Positions 48,277 to 58,528 of a stretch of 64,000 nucleotides of DNA are shown piece after piece; position 1 is the first letter of the stretch; every line of letters starts with the position of its first letter. Location of the stretch: positions 22,482 through 86,481 of the forward strand of contig CAZERF010000005.1 in assembly GCA_964515375.1 (NCBI GenBank), given 5' to 3'. Origin of the DNA: an uncultured Candidatus Saccharibacteria bacterium (GTDB lineage Bacteria > Patescibacteriota > Minisyncoccia > Phycocordibacterales > UBA6899). Position numbers and translations under genes: made by a program. A model generated the notes under the pieces. It worked only from the letters and a program-made list of their open reading frames with translations. It was not told where the DNA came from and searched no databases.

Positions 48277-50073
48277 TCACTCTTCCGCGACCGGAGGAGT
48301 GGAAGTCGACTGCACAACTTCCAAGGGAAGTTCTGAAGGAGCCGTTTCGTGTCGAGAATTGAGTAATTCAAGGAAACCCTTCAGATGCGATCCTTCTTCC
48401 TTTTCGGGGAATTCAAGTTCTCCATTCCCCATCTCGGAACCGACCGATGCGACATAGAGTGTACTGTTGAGATCGAGACTGAGGTTTCCCAAGAGGACGC
48501 CTCCAAACACGACCATTCCCACGAGGCCCAGAGCACCGCTCACGATCATTCCGAATGATTCGCGTGATACAAGCGAATGATCAACATATGGGAGTAATTC
48601 GTGCGCCTCTCTTGACGCGAGTTCATGCGAAAGCGTATTCCCGATTGATGAAGAAGCGGAGAAGGGAGAAGGGAGACGCCCGTCGACATGAAGCGGGGAC
48701 GGTATGCGTGTCGAGAGTGACGCGCTCAAAGAAGTGGAGCCGGAAGATGCGACCGAAGGTGCGAGAGATCCATGATCGCCGGGAAGAGACTGATCACCTT
48801 GTGTGCTTATCGTCCGCTCGGGAGCTTTCGGGATCGCCTCCGACCCGGGCTTCGGCAAGGGTGAGATGAGCGGATCAATGCGACGTTTCTCAAACTGAGG
48901 AGGGAGCTTCACTCCGACTTTCGGTTCAAACACGACCACCTTTTGTCCGGGAGGGGGAACAAAGGCGGAGACCCGCGTCGGAGCACGAGGAGGAAGATTA
49001 TCTTTAGAGAGCGGAGGGAGGAGCGGAGCATCGTCGTGGTGCACGCTCGCATCAACCGACGTCTTGATCGGTCGATATACCGATGGTCGATTCGCGAGCG
49101 GAAGGAAGGGTGCCTCTTCGCGTACAGGCAATGATGCCTCACTCGGAGTCGAGGACGGAGGAACCGCCTGCGATATGGTCTCCGAAAGAGTGAGCACAGG
49201 AAGTTCCGATGTGTTTGAAGCAGGAGGCGCATCGTGTGCGACCTTTTCTCCTCCGAAGAGCAAACGATCCCATTCATCAAGCGGAGCGGTGGTCTCGGGT
49301 AAGGAGAGAGTTGCCGTTGCAACATCAACACGATGAGACTCTTTGGTGTCCTCGAGAGCATTCTTTTCTTCATGGGCATGAACACGAATCTCTTCCTCTT
49401 GATCGAGGTCGGAAATCGGGAGATGAAGTGACGAATGTGATACCGATGAACGCGCACTATCAGTTGCAACGAACGCGGTCGAAGCGGGTGGCGGCGGAGG
49501 GGGTGAAGGAGGTATCTCCTTCAACGATAAAGATGCTATAGGAGAGATCTCTTCTTTCGGAGAAGAGGATTCGCCCGTGACGCCAACGGGGATGCGAATT
49601 TCTTTTTTCGATACGGGGTCGGGAGAAGTTCCGTCAGAGATGACCGAACGCCCCACGTAGGCGAATGGGTTTTCGGCGGAAAGACGCGCGTTGAGGTCGT
49701 GTGATTCTCCAAAACGAGGGACCTGCTTGACGAATTCAGGACGCGAGGGGGCCTCACTCTCATCTGTTGTGTCAACTTGTTCTGAGGACAAGAATGCATC
49801 GCTCGCGCTTTCTTCGCGGAGAGTAGAGCGATCGACAAAATCGACCCCTTCATACGAAAGCAGGATCGTGTGTGTCTCACGCAAGAGTGACTCGAGTTCG
49901 ATCGCGTGTTCATTGTTCTCGCGTAACAAATATTCGACCTTCTGAAGTCGACAAAGACGCTCGAGGTAATCACGTGTATACCCCGACACCTTGCTCCCGA
50001 CATCAAGGGTCACGTACTTCTTCTCCTTCCCTTCTTCGGCAAGCTGCGCAAGAGACTTTGAACCAGTATCCAT
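48277..50073 (-). CDS. Hypothetical protein: N-terminal HTH-like domain, Pro/Ser-rich linker, C-terminal TM
   Basis: SGYTRDYLERLCR; long low-complexity region; one TM helix. Confidence 0.65.
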   Translation of the reverse strand: MDTGSKSLAQLAEEGKEKKYVTLDVGSKVSGYTRDYLERLCRLQKVEYLLRENNEHAIELESLLRETHTILLSYEGVDFVDRSTLREESASDAFLSSEQVDTTDESEAPSRPEFVKQVPRFGESHDLNARLSAENPFAYVGRSVISDGTSPDPVSKKEIRIPVGVTGESSSPKEEISPIASLSLKEIPPSPPPPPPASTAFVATDSARSSVSHSSLHLPISDLDQEEEIRVHAHEEKNALEDTKESHRVDVATATLSLPETTAPLDEWDRLLFGGEKVAHDAPPASNTSELPVLTLSETISQAVPPSSTPSEASLPVREEAPFLPLANRPSVYRPIKTSVDASVHHDDAPLLPPLSKDNLPPRAPTRVSAFVPPPGQKVVVFEPKVGVKLPPQFEKRRIDPLISPLPKPGSEAIPKAPERTISTQGDQSLPGDHGSLAPSVASSGSTSLSASLSTRIPSPLHVDGRLPSPFSASSSIGNTLSHELASREAHELLPYVDHSLVSRESFGMIVSGALGLVGMVVFGGVLLGNLSLDLNSTLYVASVGSEMGNGELEFPEKEEGSHLKGFLELLNSRHETAPSELPLEVVQSTSTPPVAEE

Positions 50074-50143
50074 CCACTTCAGGATACTACAAAAAGACAG
50101 TATCCAGAAGTGTATAAATACACAGAGAAGATAGCGGGCTCTT

Positions 50144-51553
50144 CTACGAGAGAAGTTCGGAAAAGAGTTCAGCCAACACTTTCGGATTCGCAGAACCCTT
50201 GCTCGCCTTCATTCCCTGCCCGATCAAATACTGAAGAGACGCTTGTTTGCCCGCCTTGTACTCGGAGACGACTTTCTCATTCTCGGCAATGATCGTTCGT
50301 GCGATCGCGCGCAATGCTTCCATATCGCTTTTCTGAATGAGACCCGCGGCCTTAGCGATCGCTTCGGGATCTCCACCTTGCTCATACATAAGCGCAAGCG
50401 TGTCTTTCGCGCCACGGGAAGAGACATCACCTCGTATGGTCATACGCATCAACGCAAGGAAATTTTCGGGCTTAAGTTTCTTCATGTCGCCCCCGTTCTG
50501 CTTCAAAAGCGCAGCAACGTCAGAAGAGATGTAGTTGGACGCCAACGTAATGAGCGCCTTGTCTTTGTCTGATGCGGCAACAACACGATCAAAAAAGGCA
50601 CCGAGCGTTGCGTCGCCGATATAGATCTCGGTCACATGCTCAACAAAGCCATACTCTCCCTGCAGACGGGCACGTTTCTCCCACGGAAGCTCGGGAAGTG
50701 CGGGAAGTTTCTCATACGACCCGCCGAACACCTCGGTCACCACCATCTTCGGAAGGTCGGGGTCGGGGAAATAGCGATAATCATTGGCGCTCTCTTTCTT
50801 GCGCTGGCTGAAAGTCTTGCCTTTGTTCTCGTCCCATCCGCGCGTCTCCTGAACGACCTTCTCTCCACGAGAAAGGACTTCTTCTTGACGCTTGAGTTCG
50901 TAGGCGATCGCGTCACCAACCGACTTAAAGGAATTCAAATTCTTGACCTCAACCTTTGTGCCGAACGTCTCCGTCTCGGAAATAGAAATGTTCGCTTCGA
51001 CGCGCATCTCCCCTTTCTCCATGTTCGCATCGGACGCGCCAAGGTAACGCAAAAGCAATTGCAATTCCTTCGCGAAATTCATCGCCGTCACCGCATCATG
51101 AATGACTGGTTCAGTCACAAGTTCCATAAGCGGAACACCCGCGCGATTGTAATCCACAAGTGAATAATCCCCTGCGTCATGACGCGAACTTCCGGTATCC
51201 TCTTCGAGATGGATACGTGTGAGTGCAACACCCGCGATCACGCCCCCTTCGACGAGCGGGTATTTGTACTGCGTGATCTGATAGCCCTTGGGAATATCGG
51301 GGTAAAAATAATTCTTGCGATCCCATTCGGTAAAATCAGCAAGACGTGAGCCCGCCGCCTTTCCGACGCGAAGCACATGTTCGACCGCTTTTTCATTGAT
51401 GACCGGAAGAGTACCGGGCTGAGCGGTGCAAACGGGGCAAATGTTCCAATTTGGGCGCGTTTCGTCGGGGTCGTTCTTGCACCGACAGAACATCTTGGTC
51501 GCCGTCTTCAATTCCGCGTGGATCTCAAGTCCGATAGTTGCAGTGTATGCCAT
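50144..51553 (-). CDS. gatB: Asp/Glu-tRNA amidotransferase subunit B
   Basis: IGLEIHAEL, RKNYFYPD, IHLEED, DYRYFPDPDL. Confidence 0.98.
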   Translation of the reverse strand: MAYTATIGLEIHAELKTATKMFCRCKNDPDETRPNWNICPVCTAQPGTLPVINEKAVEHVLRVGKAAGSRLADFTEWDRKNYFYPDIPKGYQITQYKYPLVEGGVIAGVALTRIHLEEDTGSSRHDAGDYSLVDYNRAGVPLMELVTEPVIHDAVTAMNFAKELQLLLRYLGASDANMEKGEMRVEANISISETETFGTKVEVKNLNSFKSVGDAIAYELKRQEEVLSRGEKVVQETRGWDENKGKTFSQRKKESANDYRYFPDPDLPKMVVTEVFGGSYEKLPALPELPWEKRARLQGEYGFVEHVTEIYIGDATLGAFFDRVVAASDKDKALITLASNYISSDVAALLKQNGGDMKKLKPENFLALMRMTIRGDVSSRGAKDTLALMYEQGGDPEAIAKAAGLIQKSDMEALRAIARTIIAENEKVVSEYKAGKQASLQYLIGQGMKASKGSANPKVLAELFSELLS

Positions 51554-51608
51554 AATAAAGCGATTCTAGCACAAAGCGAGTAAAGGAGAAAATCCACTCT
51601 AAAAAAGG

Positions 51609-52118
51609 TCAGATGGAAAGATCCGACAGCACGCACTCCGCGTGTCCTTCGGGCTTGACCTTGCGATATACTGACGACAATTTCCCTTGAGGATCGATCA
51701 CGAAGGTGCTCCGTTCGATGCCCATATATTTCTTGCCGTACATACTCTTTTCGACCCAGACGCCGTATTTCTCGGCAACCGCATGATCCGGATCGGAAAG
51801 AAGCGCAAAAGTGATCCCCTCTTTTGCAATGAATTTCTCGTGACTTTCGATCGAATCGGGGCTTATTCCGAATATCAGCGTGTCGTGTGCGGCAAAATCC
51901 TCCGCGATCGCGGAGAATTCATGCGCCTCAACCGTGCACCCGCTCGTCATGTCCTTGGGGTAGAAATAGAGCACAACGCGTTTTCCCTTTAATTCCGAGA
52001 GTGTCACCTTTGCGCCGTCCGAAGACATAAGCGTAAAAAGAGGTGCGCGATCACCCGGTGCAAGCACCGACAAGGACGCATGCTCCTCAGATGTTGTAGT
52101 TTTTTGGTCTTTTTTCAT
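51609..52118 (-). CDS. bcp: Peroxiredoxin Bcp
   Basis: LYFYPKDMTSGCTVEA, GIERSTFVID. Confidence 0.94.
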   Translation of the reverse strand: MKKDQKTTTSEEHASLSVLAPGDRAPLFTLMSSDGAKVTLSELKGKRVVLYFYPKDMTSGCTVEAHEFSAIAEDFAAHDTLIFGISPDSIESHEKFIAKEGITFALLSDPDHAVAEKYGVWVEKSMYGKKYMGIERSTFVIDPQGKLSSVYRKVKPEGHAECVLSDLSI

Positions 52119-52161
52119 AGACCATCAGTATAACAATTTGCGGAAACAAGGAGAAACAGGT

Positions 52162-53136
52162 TCACTTCCCCGCGCGCAAATGCTTCACCAGTTCATCGCC
52201 AAAATGTTTGAGTGAGGCATCGTCGATGACCGAGATGGCAAAGGTTGGCTTCTTGAACTTCGCAAGCACCTTGGTTGCCTTCGCGACATGTTCCTCGTCG
52301 GTGACGTCGGTCTTGGTAAGGACAATGATCTCGTCCTTCGTACCGAGCTCTTCGTCGTATGCTTCGAGTTCGCGACGGATCGCCTGATAGTCGGCAACAA
52401 CATCCTCACTCTCGAGTGAGATCAAATGCGCGATCATCTTGGTCCGCTTGATGTGACGGAGGAATTTGTAGCCAAGACCCTTGCCTTCGGACGCACCCTC
52501 GATGAGTCCGGGGATGTCCGCAATGATGTAGCCGTAAAATGCGCCAAGGTTCGGCTCAAGCGTGGTGAATTGGTACGCCCCGATCTTCGCGCTTGCGTTT
52601 GTAAGCGCGTTCAAAAGCGACGACTTCCCCGCATTCGGAAATCCGACAAGTCCGATATCAACGACGAGCTGCAATTCGATAAAGAAATCTCCCTCTTCCG
52701 CCGGATACCCCGGGGTTGTCTTGGTCGGCGCTTGGTTCGTGGAACTCTTGAAATGTTCGTTCCCAAAACCTCCGTCTCCACCTGAAAGCAAGAGGATCGG
52801 TTCGTCTTCGGAGAGAACCTGGATCTCTTTTCCGGTTACGAGGTTGCGAAGAACGCTTCCGATCGGAAACTTGATTGTCAAATCTTCTCCGTTCTTCCCG
52901 TGCAAACTATCTTTCTTGCCGGGACCACCGTCTTCGGCATGGAATTCCTTCTCGTGGCGATATTTATATAAAAGCCCCAGGTCGCGAGAGCCGACCACGT
53001 ACACACTTCCACCGCGACCACCGTTTCCTCCGGATGGCCCCGCGAATTCCTTTCCCTTTTCGTGGCGCCAGCGCTCAACGCCATCGCCGCCCTTTCCCGC
53101 ACTGATATGAATCGTAAGTTCGTCTACAAAAGCCAT
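52162..53136 (-). CDS. obgE: GTPase ObgE
   Basis: Gly-rich Obg fold, GFPNAGKS, DIPGLIEGA. Confidence 0.97.
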   Translation of the reverse strand: MAFVDELTIHISAGKGGDGVERWRHEKGKEFAGPSGGNGGRGGSVYVVGSRDLGLLYKYRHEKEFHAEDGGPGKKDSLHGKNGEDLTIKFPIGSVLRNLVTGKEIQVLSEDEPILLLSGGDGGFGNEHFKSSTNQAPTKTTPGYPAEEGDFFIELQLVVDIGLVGFPNAGKSSLLNALTNASAKIGAYQFTTLEPNLGAFYGYIIADIPGLIEGASEGKGLGYKFLRHIKRTKMIAHLISLESEDVVADYQAIRRELEAYDEELGTKDEIIVLTKTDVTDEEHVAKATKVLAKFKKPTFAISVIDDASLKHFGDELVKHLRAGK

Positions 53137-53146
53137 GATGAAAAAA

Positions 53147-54046
53147 TTATGCCTCTACCGCGAGCTCTGCGAGTCGTAGTGCGCCTTCCTTTGAGCGCGT
53201 GACCGCGACATAGCGACGATTGTGGCAAAAGACCACATCGGAAACACCGGTGAGCTCGGGCAATACACCGTCACCCTCAAGATGACCGGCCCATGCCTCG
53301 GGTAATGGTTTGCGGTTCTCGAATCCGTAGGGGTTGTCACGCACACATTCAACCTCCCAATGTGTCCCAACACTTTTGGGCTTCACAACATAAAGCGGTT
53401 CAGGGTGCGCGGCAAGCACATCGTGCCACGGATACGGCCGATCAAGGACAATGATCCGTTTATCCTCGGTCTTTTCATAGATCTCCTCAACGAAGTGACT
53501 GCCTTCAAGATTGTCCTGCTCCACCTCGATCGCGAGCTGAAGAAAGCGTCGCATAAAGATCAGTAATTCCGAGAAACGTTCGTCGTGATGCGTGGTCGTC
53601 GAATTCCATGTCGGACGAAATTTTGCCGTCACGAATTGGAGAATGAGCGGCTCGGTGTCCTGACGGATAAGACCGTAATAATCAAAGCCGTTGTCTCCCA
53701 TGTCGACGGGATAACCGACCTGTTCGTCGATCGCTTTTGCGACCGCGGAGGAACCACTGATCGCTTCGCCGTAATGTTTCCACACAAGACCGAACGACGA
53801 ATACGGAATACCATTCTCACGCGCGCCCGCGCCGCCCCCCTGATGGTGGTCATATCGACGCGTCGCATGATCATACGTGCCTCCCACATCCACAACATAG
53901 TCCGCCGAATCAATGATCGCGCGGTCTCGCGTACGGATCACTTCGTAAGGTTTTCCGTCCAAAAAGATCTGGAGCGTGGCGACAGCGAGGAGTTCATCAG
54001 TATGAAAGACCCCATCATGGGTCACAATGCGTATCTTCTTATCCAT
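53147..54046 (-). CDS. MYG1-family hydrolase
   Basis: THDGVFHTDE, RTRD, VDVGG, YDHHQ, SSFGLVWKHYG, FCH. Confidence 0.92.
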   Translation of the reverse strand: MDKKIRIVTHDGVFHTDELLAVATLQIFLDGKPYEVIRTRDRAIIDSADYVVDVGGTYDHATRRYDHHQGGGAGARENGIPYSSFGLVWKHYGEAISGSSAVAKAIDEQVGYPVDMGDNGFDYYGLIRQDTEPLILQFVTAKFRPTWNSTTTHHDERFSELLIFMRRFLQLAIEVEQDNLEGSHFVEEIYEKTEDKRIIVLDRPYPWHDVLAAHPEPLYVVKPKSVGTHWEVECVRDNPYGFENRKPLPEAWAGHLEGDGVLPELTGVSDVVFCHNRRYVAVTRSKEGALRLAELAVEA

Positions 54047-54077
54047 TATATTATTTTGATTCTCTTCATCGTAAGTG

Positions 54078-54449
54078 TTATCGATTCACAAATGTCACAT
54101 CGCGCGGAGTCTTCAAAAAGAAGCGCTCTCCGACCGTTGTGATCGCCGAAACAATAAGCGCGCCGAGTACCGCCCACCAGAACCCGTCGACACGAAAGGA
54201 GTCGACAAGCGCACTCGTCAACCAAAAAAGGAGTCCGTTCACAACGAATGTGAACAATCCGAGCGTCAAAATATTGACCGGGAGAGTTATCAAAAGAAGG
54301 ATCGGGCGAATAAACACATTGACGACACCAAGCAAAAGCGCGACCCACAGTGCGGTCATATAATCCGGTACGTGAATACCCGGCAAAAAATTCCCCACAA
54401 AAAATATCGCGAGCGCAACGATGAGCCATTTGACGACGATGTCAGCCAT
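54078..54449 (-). CDS. 4-TM phage-holin-family (YvlD-like) membrane protein
   Basis: VNVFIRPIL..ITLP..ILTLGLF.FVVNG. Confidence 0.88.
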   Translation of the reverse strand: MADIVVKWLIVALAIFFVGNFLPGIHVPDYMTALWVALLLGVVNVFIRPILLLITLPVNILTLGLFTFVVNGLLFWLTSALVDSFRVDGFWWAVLGALIVSAITTVGERFFLKTPRDVTFVNR

Positions 54450-54479
54450 ATGGCGTGTTGTATCACGTTTTCACCTTTT

Positions 54480-55361
54480 TCACAATGCACTCACGCCAAA
54501 AAGAGCGATGCGGGCGCCGTGTCGAGAAACAAGATGCTCGGACAATAGGTCCTCGACGATGTCTTCAGTCTCTTCACGAGATAGACCGATGCGAAGGGCG
54601 ATCGCGCGCATGGTCATGGAACCCTCGTCGATCAGCAGTCGAATGATCTTGCCGCGATACGCGCGACGAGAACCCGCGAAACGTGATTGGGGTTTCTTGT
54701 ACACGAAATCATCTACCGGACCATGGAGCTCTTGAAGAGGGCACGTCGGGTCATGGCGTCGAGCGGTGCACCGAGTCGCACCAACATCGAGCATCGCATA
54801 GTTCCACTCGCGCCCCTTCCCTTTCGGGATGATCGAAACAGCAAATCGATACAGCTCCGCGTCACTCGGGCGCGGTGAGGCATCCGCAAAGAAGACTCGC
54901 GTCAAGATGCGCCTGATGTTCGTGTCGATCATCGGAGTATCCGCGCCGAACGCGAACGAAAGAAGTGCTCCCGCGGTTGAACGACCGATCCCCGGGAGTG
55001 CCACCAGATCTTCATACGTACAAGGGAACACTCCGCCATGCTTTTGCACAACAACACGCGCGCATTCATGAAGGTATCCCGCGCGGCGATTGTAACCGAG
55101 TCCGGACCATGCGCGAAGCACGTCCGCCCGCGGTGCGCGTGCGAGTGTCGTTACATCGGGAAAAAGCGAGAGGAAAAGATCATATTTCTCACGCACGCGA
55201 TTGACCTGTGTCTGTTGCAACATGATCTCGGAAACGAGAATACGATACGGATCAAAAGTCTCCCTCCATGCCATGTCTCGACGAGAGTGACGAAACCACG
55301 AAAACAGCGCGCGGTTGAACTTGTGAACACGTTCATCATTCATATATGGCGACGTGGTCAC
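54480..55361 (-). CDS. mutY: A/G-specific adenine glycosylase, short form
   Basis: VSEIMLQQTQV, WSGLGYNRRA, LPGIG, DTNIRR. Confidence 0.92.
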   Translation of the reverse strand: MTTSPYMNDERVHKFNRALFSWFRHSRRDMAWRETFDPYRILVSEIMLQQTQVNRVREKYDLFLSLFPDVTTLARAPRADVLRAWSGLGYNRRAGYLHECARVVVQKHGGVFPCTYEDLVALPGIGRSTAGALLSFAFGADTPMIDTNIRRILTRVFFADASPRPSDAELYRFAVSIIPKGKGREWNYAMLDVGATRCTARRHDPTCPLQELHGPVDDFVYKKPQSRFAGSRRAYRGKIIRLLIDEGSMTMRAIALRIGLSREETEDIVEDLLSEHLVSRHGARIALFGVSAL

Positions 55362-57415
55362 AAAAGTCCCGTCTCGCGCAAAAGCGCGTCCTCCGATGGT
55401 GCTCGACCGCGAAACCGCTTGAAACTTTCCAAGAACGCGCGTGACGCGCCCAGTTCAAGCACTTCATGCAAAAGTCGTGTTCCGGTACGAGGATCACAAG
55501 AACCCCCCTCTTCAAGGAACGCCTCATAAAGATCAGCCGCGAGTACTTCCGCCCATTTGTAACTGTAATAGCCCGCAGCATACCCGCCTGAAAAAATATG
55601 CTGAAAACTATTTAAGAAACGATCGTTCGCATAGACCGGCGCCACACGCACCCGTGAGCGCACCGCAGAAAGCACATCACGTGGGGTACGCGGATCGGTC
55701 GTTTCTTTTGCGTGAAGTTCTATATCGGTAATGGCAAATTCAAGTTGACGCACACTCGCCATACCGCTTCCAAAATTTTTGGCACGCTTCAAACGCTCAC
55801 AAATCTCCGCGGGGAGAGGTGCTCCAGTCTCAGGATGAGCGGACAATCCTTGAAGGACATCTTTCTCCCAACACCAATATTCGAGAAGCTGACTCGGGCA
55901 CTCGATCGCATCCCATTCCACGTGAGACATCGAACTTCCAAGATATCGAGAAAGACCGAGTACATGGTGGAACATATGCCCCGCCTCGTGAAAGAGTGTC
56001 TCGATCTCACTATGCACGAGGTATCCCTCCTCACCGTCCTTTGGTGCGGCAAAATTGCAGTTGAGATACGCGATCGGAAGCTGTGTCCCCATCTCGGGAA
56101 TCACGCGTCGCGCGACACAATCATCCATCCATGCTCCTCCGCGCTTTTTTTCTCTTGAGTAGAGATCGGCATAGAACCCTCCTCGCAACGCTCCGCTCCG
56201 GTCGTACACCAAAAAGAACTTCACTCCGTCGTGCCAAACAGAGGCCGTGCGATCCTCCTCGATGCGAAGCCCGTAAAGTCGTCCCATAAGGATAAAAAGT
56301 CCTGAAAAGACACGCGATGCGGGGAAATAAGGACGTAGGGCTTCTTCGGAAATATCAAAACGCTCCATACGCAATCGCTCAGAAACGAAAGCAATATCCC
56401 ACGGCAAAAGCTCGTCGATAGACAGTCGCTCTCGCGCGAACGCGGAAAGATCGGCAAACTCTCGCCTTGCAGCGGGAAGACTCTTCGCGACAAGACGGTC
56501 AAGAAATTCCGTTACCGCGAGAAGCGACGGGGCAGACTTGTCGTCCACGGAAAACTCGGCAAAATTCTTAAACCCAAGCATTCGCGCTTTCTTTTCACGC
56601 AACATCAGGATCTGTTCGATAAGCGGGGTGTTGTCAAGCTCCACACGTCGGCCCAATTCCGACGCGCGGGTGTTGTTCGCAACAAAGACGCGCTCACGCA
56701 GACCGCGATCGGTCGCATGGGTCAATATCGCCACAACGACCGGCTGCTTGAGTGTCACAAGATACCCTTCACACCCTCTCTCGAGAGCATCCCGTCGCAT
56801 ACCTTCTACAACATCCTCGGGAACTCCAGAAAGCGAAGAGCGATCGGGGAGCACATGTGTCCACTCCCCCTCCGCGTCAAGCACATGATCAGAGAACTCC
56901 TCTTCAAGAGCGGACAACTCGGCGTTCAGCTTCTTGAGCTCTTCTTTTTTTTCAATGGAAAGCGCAACGCCCTCGCGACGGAAATCGCGGAGGGTATGAG
57001 TAATGATCGTACGCTCCTCCTCTGAGAATGCACGGAACGCATCGCTTGTCGCGACATATTCATATGCACGGAAAAGCCCTTCGTGATGAGTCATATCGGA
57101 CGCATAGTCGGAGAGGATAAGAGTCCCCTCTTTGACAACGGCACGCAATTCCTCCGTTTGCGCGACTGCATTCAAATGCGCGATCGGACCCCACAGTTTG
57201 TGGATACGATCGTCGAGTTCTTCCTGTGCGAGTACGAATGACACAAGATCGGGTTCCGTCATTTCCGCGATCCGATCGGCGAGTTGTCTTCCCTCCGCGA
57301 CAAGCGCGCGAAGCATAGGAAGGACATCTTCCGTGGCAATAGAATTCCAATCAAGGCGCGTGAGCAACGCACGCGTTCCGTCGGGTAACAAAATGGTCGT
57401 TGTGCTCCAATTCAT
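55358..57415 (-). CDS. prlC: M3 oligopeptidase A
   Basis: KRGGAWM, TLFHEAGH, EWDAIECPSQ, GYAAGYYSYKWAEVL. Confidence 0.93.
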   Translation of the reverse strand: MNWSTTTILLPDGTRALLTRLDWNSIATEDVLPMLRALVAEGRQLADRIAEMTEPDLVSFVLAQEELDDRIHKLWGPIAHLNAVAQTEELRAVVKEGTLILSDYASDMTHHEGLFRAYEYVATSDAFRAFSEEERTIITHTLRDFRREGVALSIEKKEELKKLNAELSALEEEFSDHVLDAEGEWTHVLPDRSSLSGVPEDVVEGMRRDALERGCEGYLVTLKQPVVVAILTHATDRGLRERVFVANNTRASELGRRVELDNTPLIEQILMLREKKARMLGFKNFAEFSVDDKSAPSLLAVTEFLDRLVAKSLPAARREFADLSAFARERLSIDELLPWDIAFVSERLRMERFDISEEALRPYFPASRVFSGLFILMGRLYGLRIEEDRTASVWHDGVKFFLVYDRSGALRGGFYADLYSREKKRGGAWMDDCVARRVIPEMGTQLPIAYLNCNFAAPKDGEEGYLVHSEIETLFHEAGHMFHHVLGLSRYLGSSMSHVEWDAIECPSQLLEYWCWEKDVLQGLSAHPETGAPLPAEICERLKRAKNFGSGMASVRQLEFAITDIELHAKETTDPRTPRDVLSAVRSRVRVAPVYANDRFLNSFQHIFSGGYAAGYYSYKWAEVLAADLYEAFLEEGGSCDPRTGTRLLHEVLELGASRAFLESFKRFRGRAPSEDALLRETGLL

Positions 57416-57471
57416 ATGTGACCATTAGACACGAAAAACATTTCCGGCGCAATCATGGCCGCGCGCGAAAA

Positions 57472-58518
57472 TCACTGGATCTCCTTTCCGGTCACGATAT
57501 CAGGATAGATATTGAGTAAGACAAAGAAAAAAGCGAGCACGATCGGACCGGCGAGGAAACCAATAGGTCCAAAATAGACAAGTCCGCCAAAGACCGAAAG
57601 AAGGATGAGGAAAGAGTGGATGTGCATACCGCGGTTCATGAGAATGGGTCGCAGAACATTGTCGAGCAATCCGACGATGAGAACTCCCCACAAGAGGAGG
57701 CCAATACCGGGGAGAAGACTTCCCGTCGCAATAAGATAAAAGGCGGCGGGAAACGTCACGATTCCCGTCCCTATCATAGGAATAAGCGCCGCGATCGTCG
57801 CGACAAGGCTCCAGAGTACAGGACTTGGCACACCAAAGATCAAGAACCCAATACCGACGAACGCGCCTTGTGCGATGGCGGTCACCAATGTTCCGCGCAC
57901 GACGGAAGTTACCGCGACCTCAAGCTTGCTAATGATACTCTCGTCATAGCGATCAGACATCGGACTCCACTTGATCGCAAAGTCACGGAGTTTTTGTCCG
58001 TCACGAAAGAAAAAGAAGAGTGCGATAACAACAAGGAACACATCAAGAAAGAAGGACATGATCCCCGAAAAGAAACTATCGAGATTTCCTGACATCCACG
58101 AGAGAAAAGTGAGGAGTGACGAATAGATATCGAATTCGAGACGAAAATCTGGGACAAAGCGTTGGATGTGAGACTCAACGACCGCAGTCCACGCATCAAT
58201 CGAAAGAAGGATCGACGAATCCCCCGAAGAAAGACTCTTCAAGATCATTGCGACCTCTTCGAACAACACCGCACCAATAAAGAGGAGCGGAACAAGAAGC
58301 GTAAAGAGGACGAGGATCACCGTCGCAAGTGCCGCACGAGACTCATTCAATTTGAAGGCGCGTCGCAGATACCGAAAAACAGGCGCAAACAACACACCAA
58401 AGATGAGCGAAAGAAAAAGCGCGGTGAAGTAAGGGCTCATGATCGAGAACGTCAAATAACCCACGATAGCGAAGAGGACCCAAAAGAAAACAAGTTCACC
58501 GATATGTGTCTTTGCCAT
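57472..58518 (-). CDS. AI-2E family transporter
   Basis: FFFRDG, LIPMIG, DNVLRP, GPIGFLAGP. Confidence 0.9.
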   Translation of the reverse strand: MAKTHIGELVFFWVLFAIVGYLTFSIMSPYFTALFLSLIFGVLFAPVFRYLRRAFKLNESRAALATVILVLFTLLVPLLFIGAVLFEEVAMILKSLSSGDSSILLSIDAWTAVVESHIQRFVPDFRLEFDIYSSLLTFLSWMSGNLDSFFSGIMSFFLDVFLVVIALFFFFRDGQKLRDFAIKWSPMSDRYDESIISKLEVAVTSVVRGTLVTAIAQGAFVGIGFLIFGVPSPVLWSLVATIAALIPMIGTGIVTFPAAFYLIATGSLLPGIGLLLWGVLIVGLLDNVLRPILMNRGMHIHSFLILLSVFGGLVYFGPIGFLAGPIVLAFFFVLLNIYPDIVTGKEIQ

Positions 58519-58528
58519 ATATCAGGGA

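Noticed and set aside
54078-54449. Holin as evidence of a prophage
   Set aside because: Common chromosomal membrane family, with no phage genes nearby.
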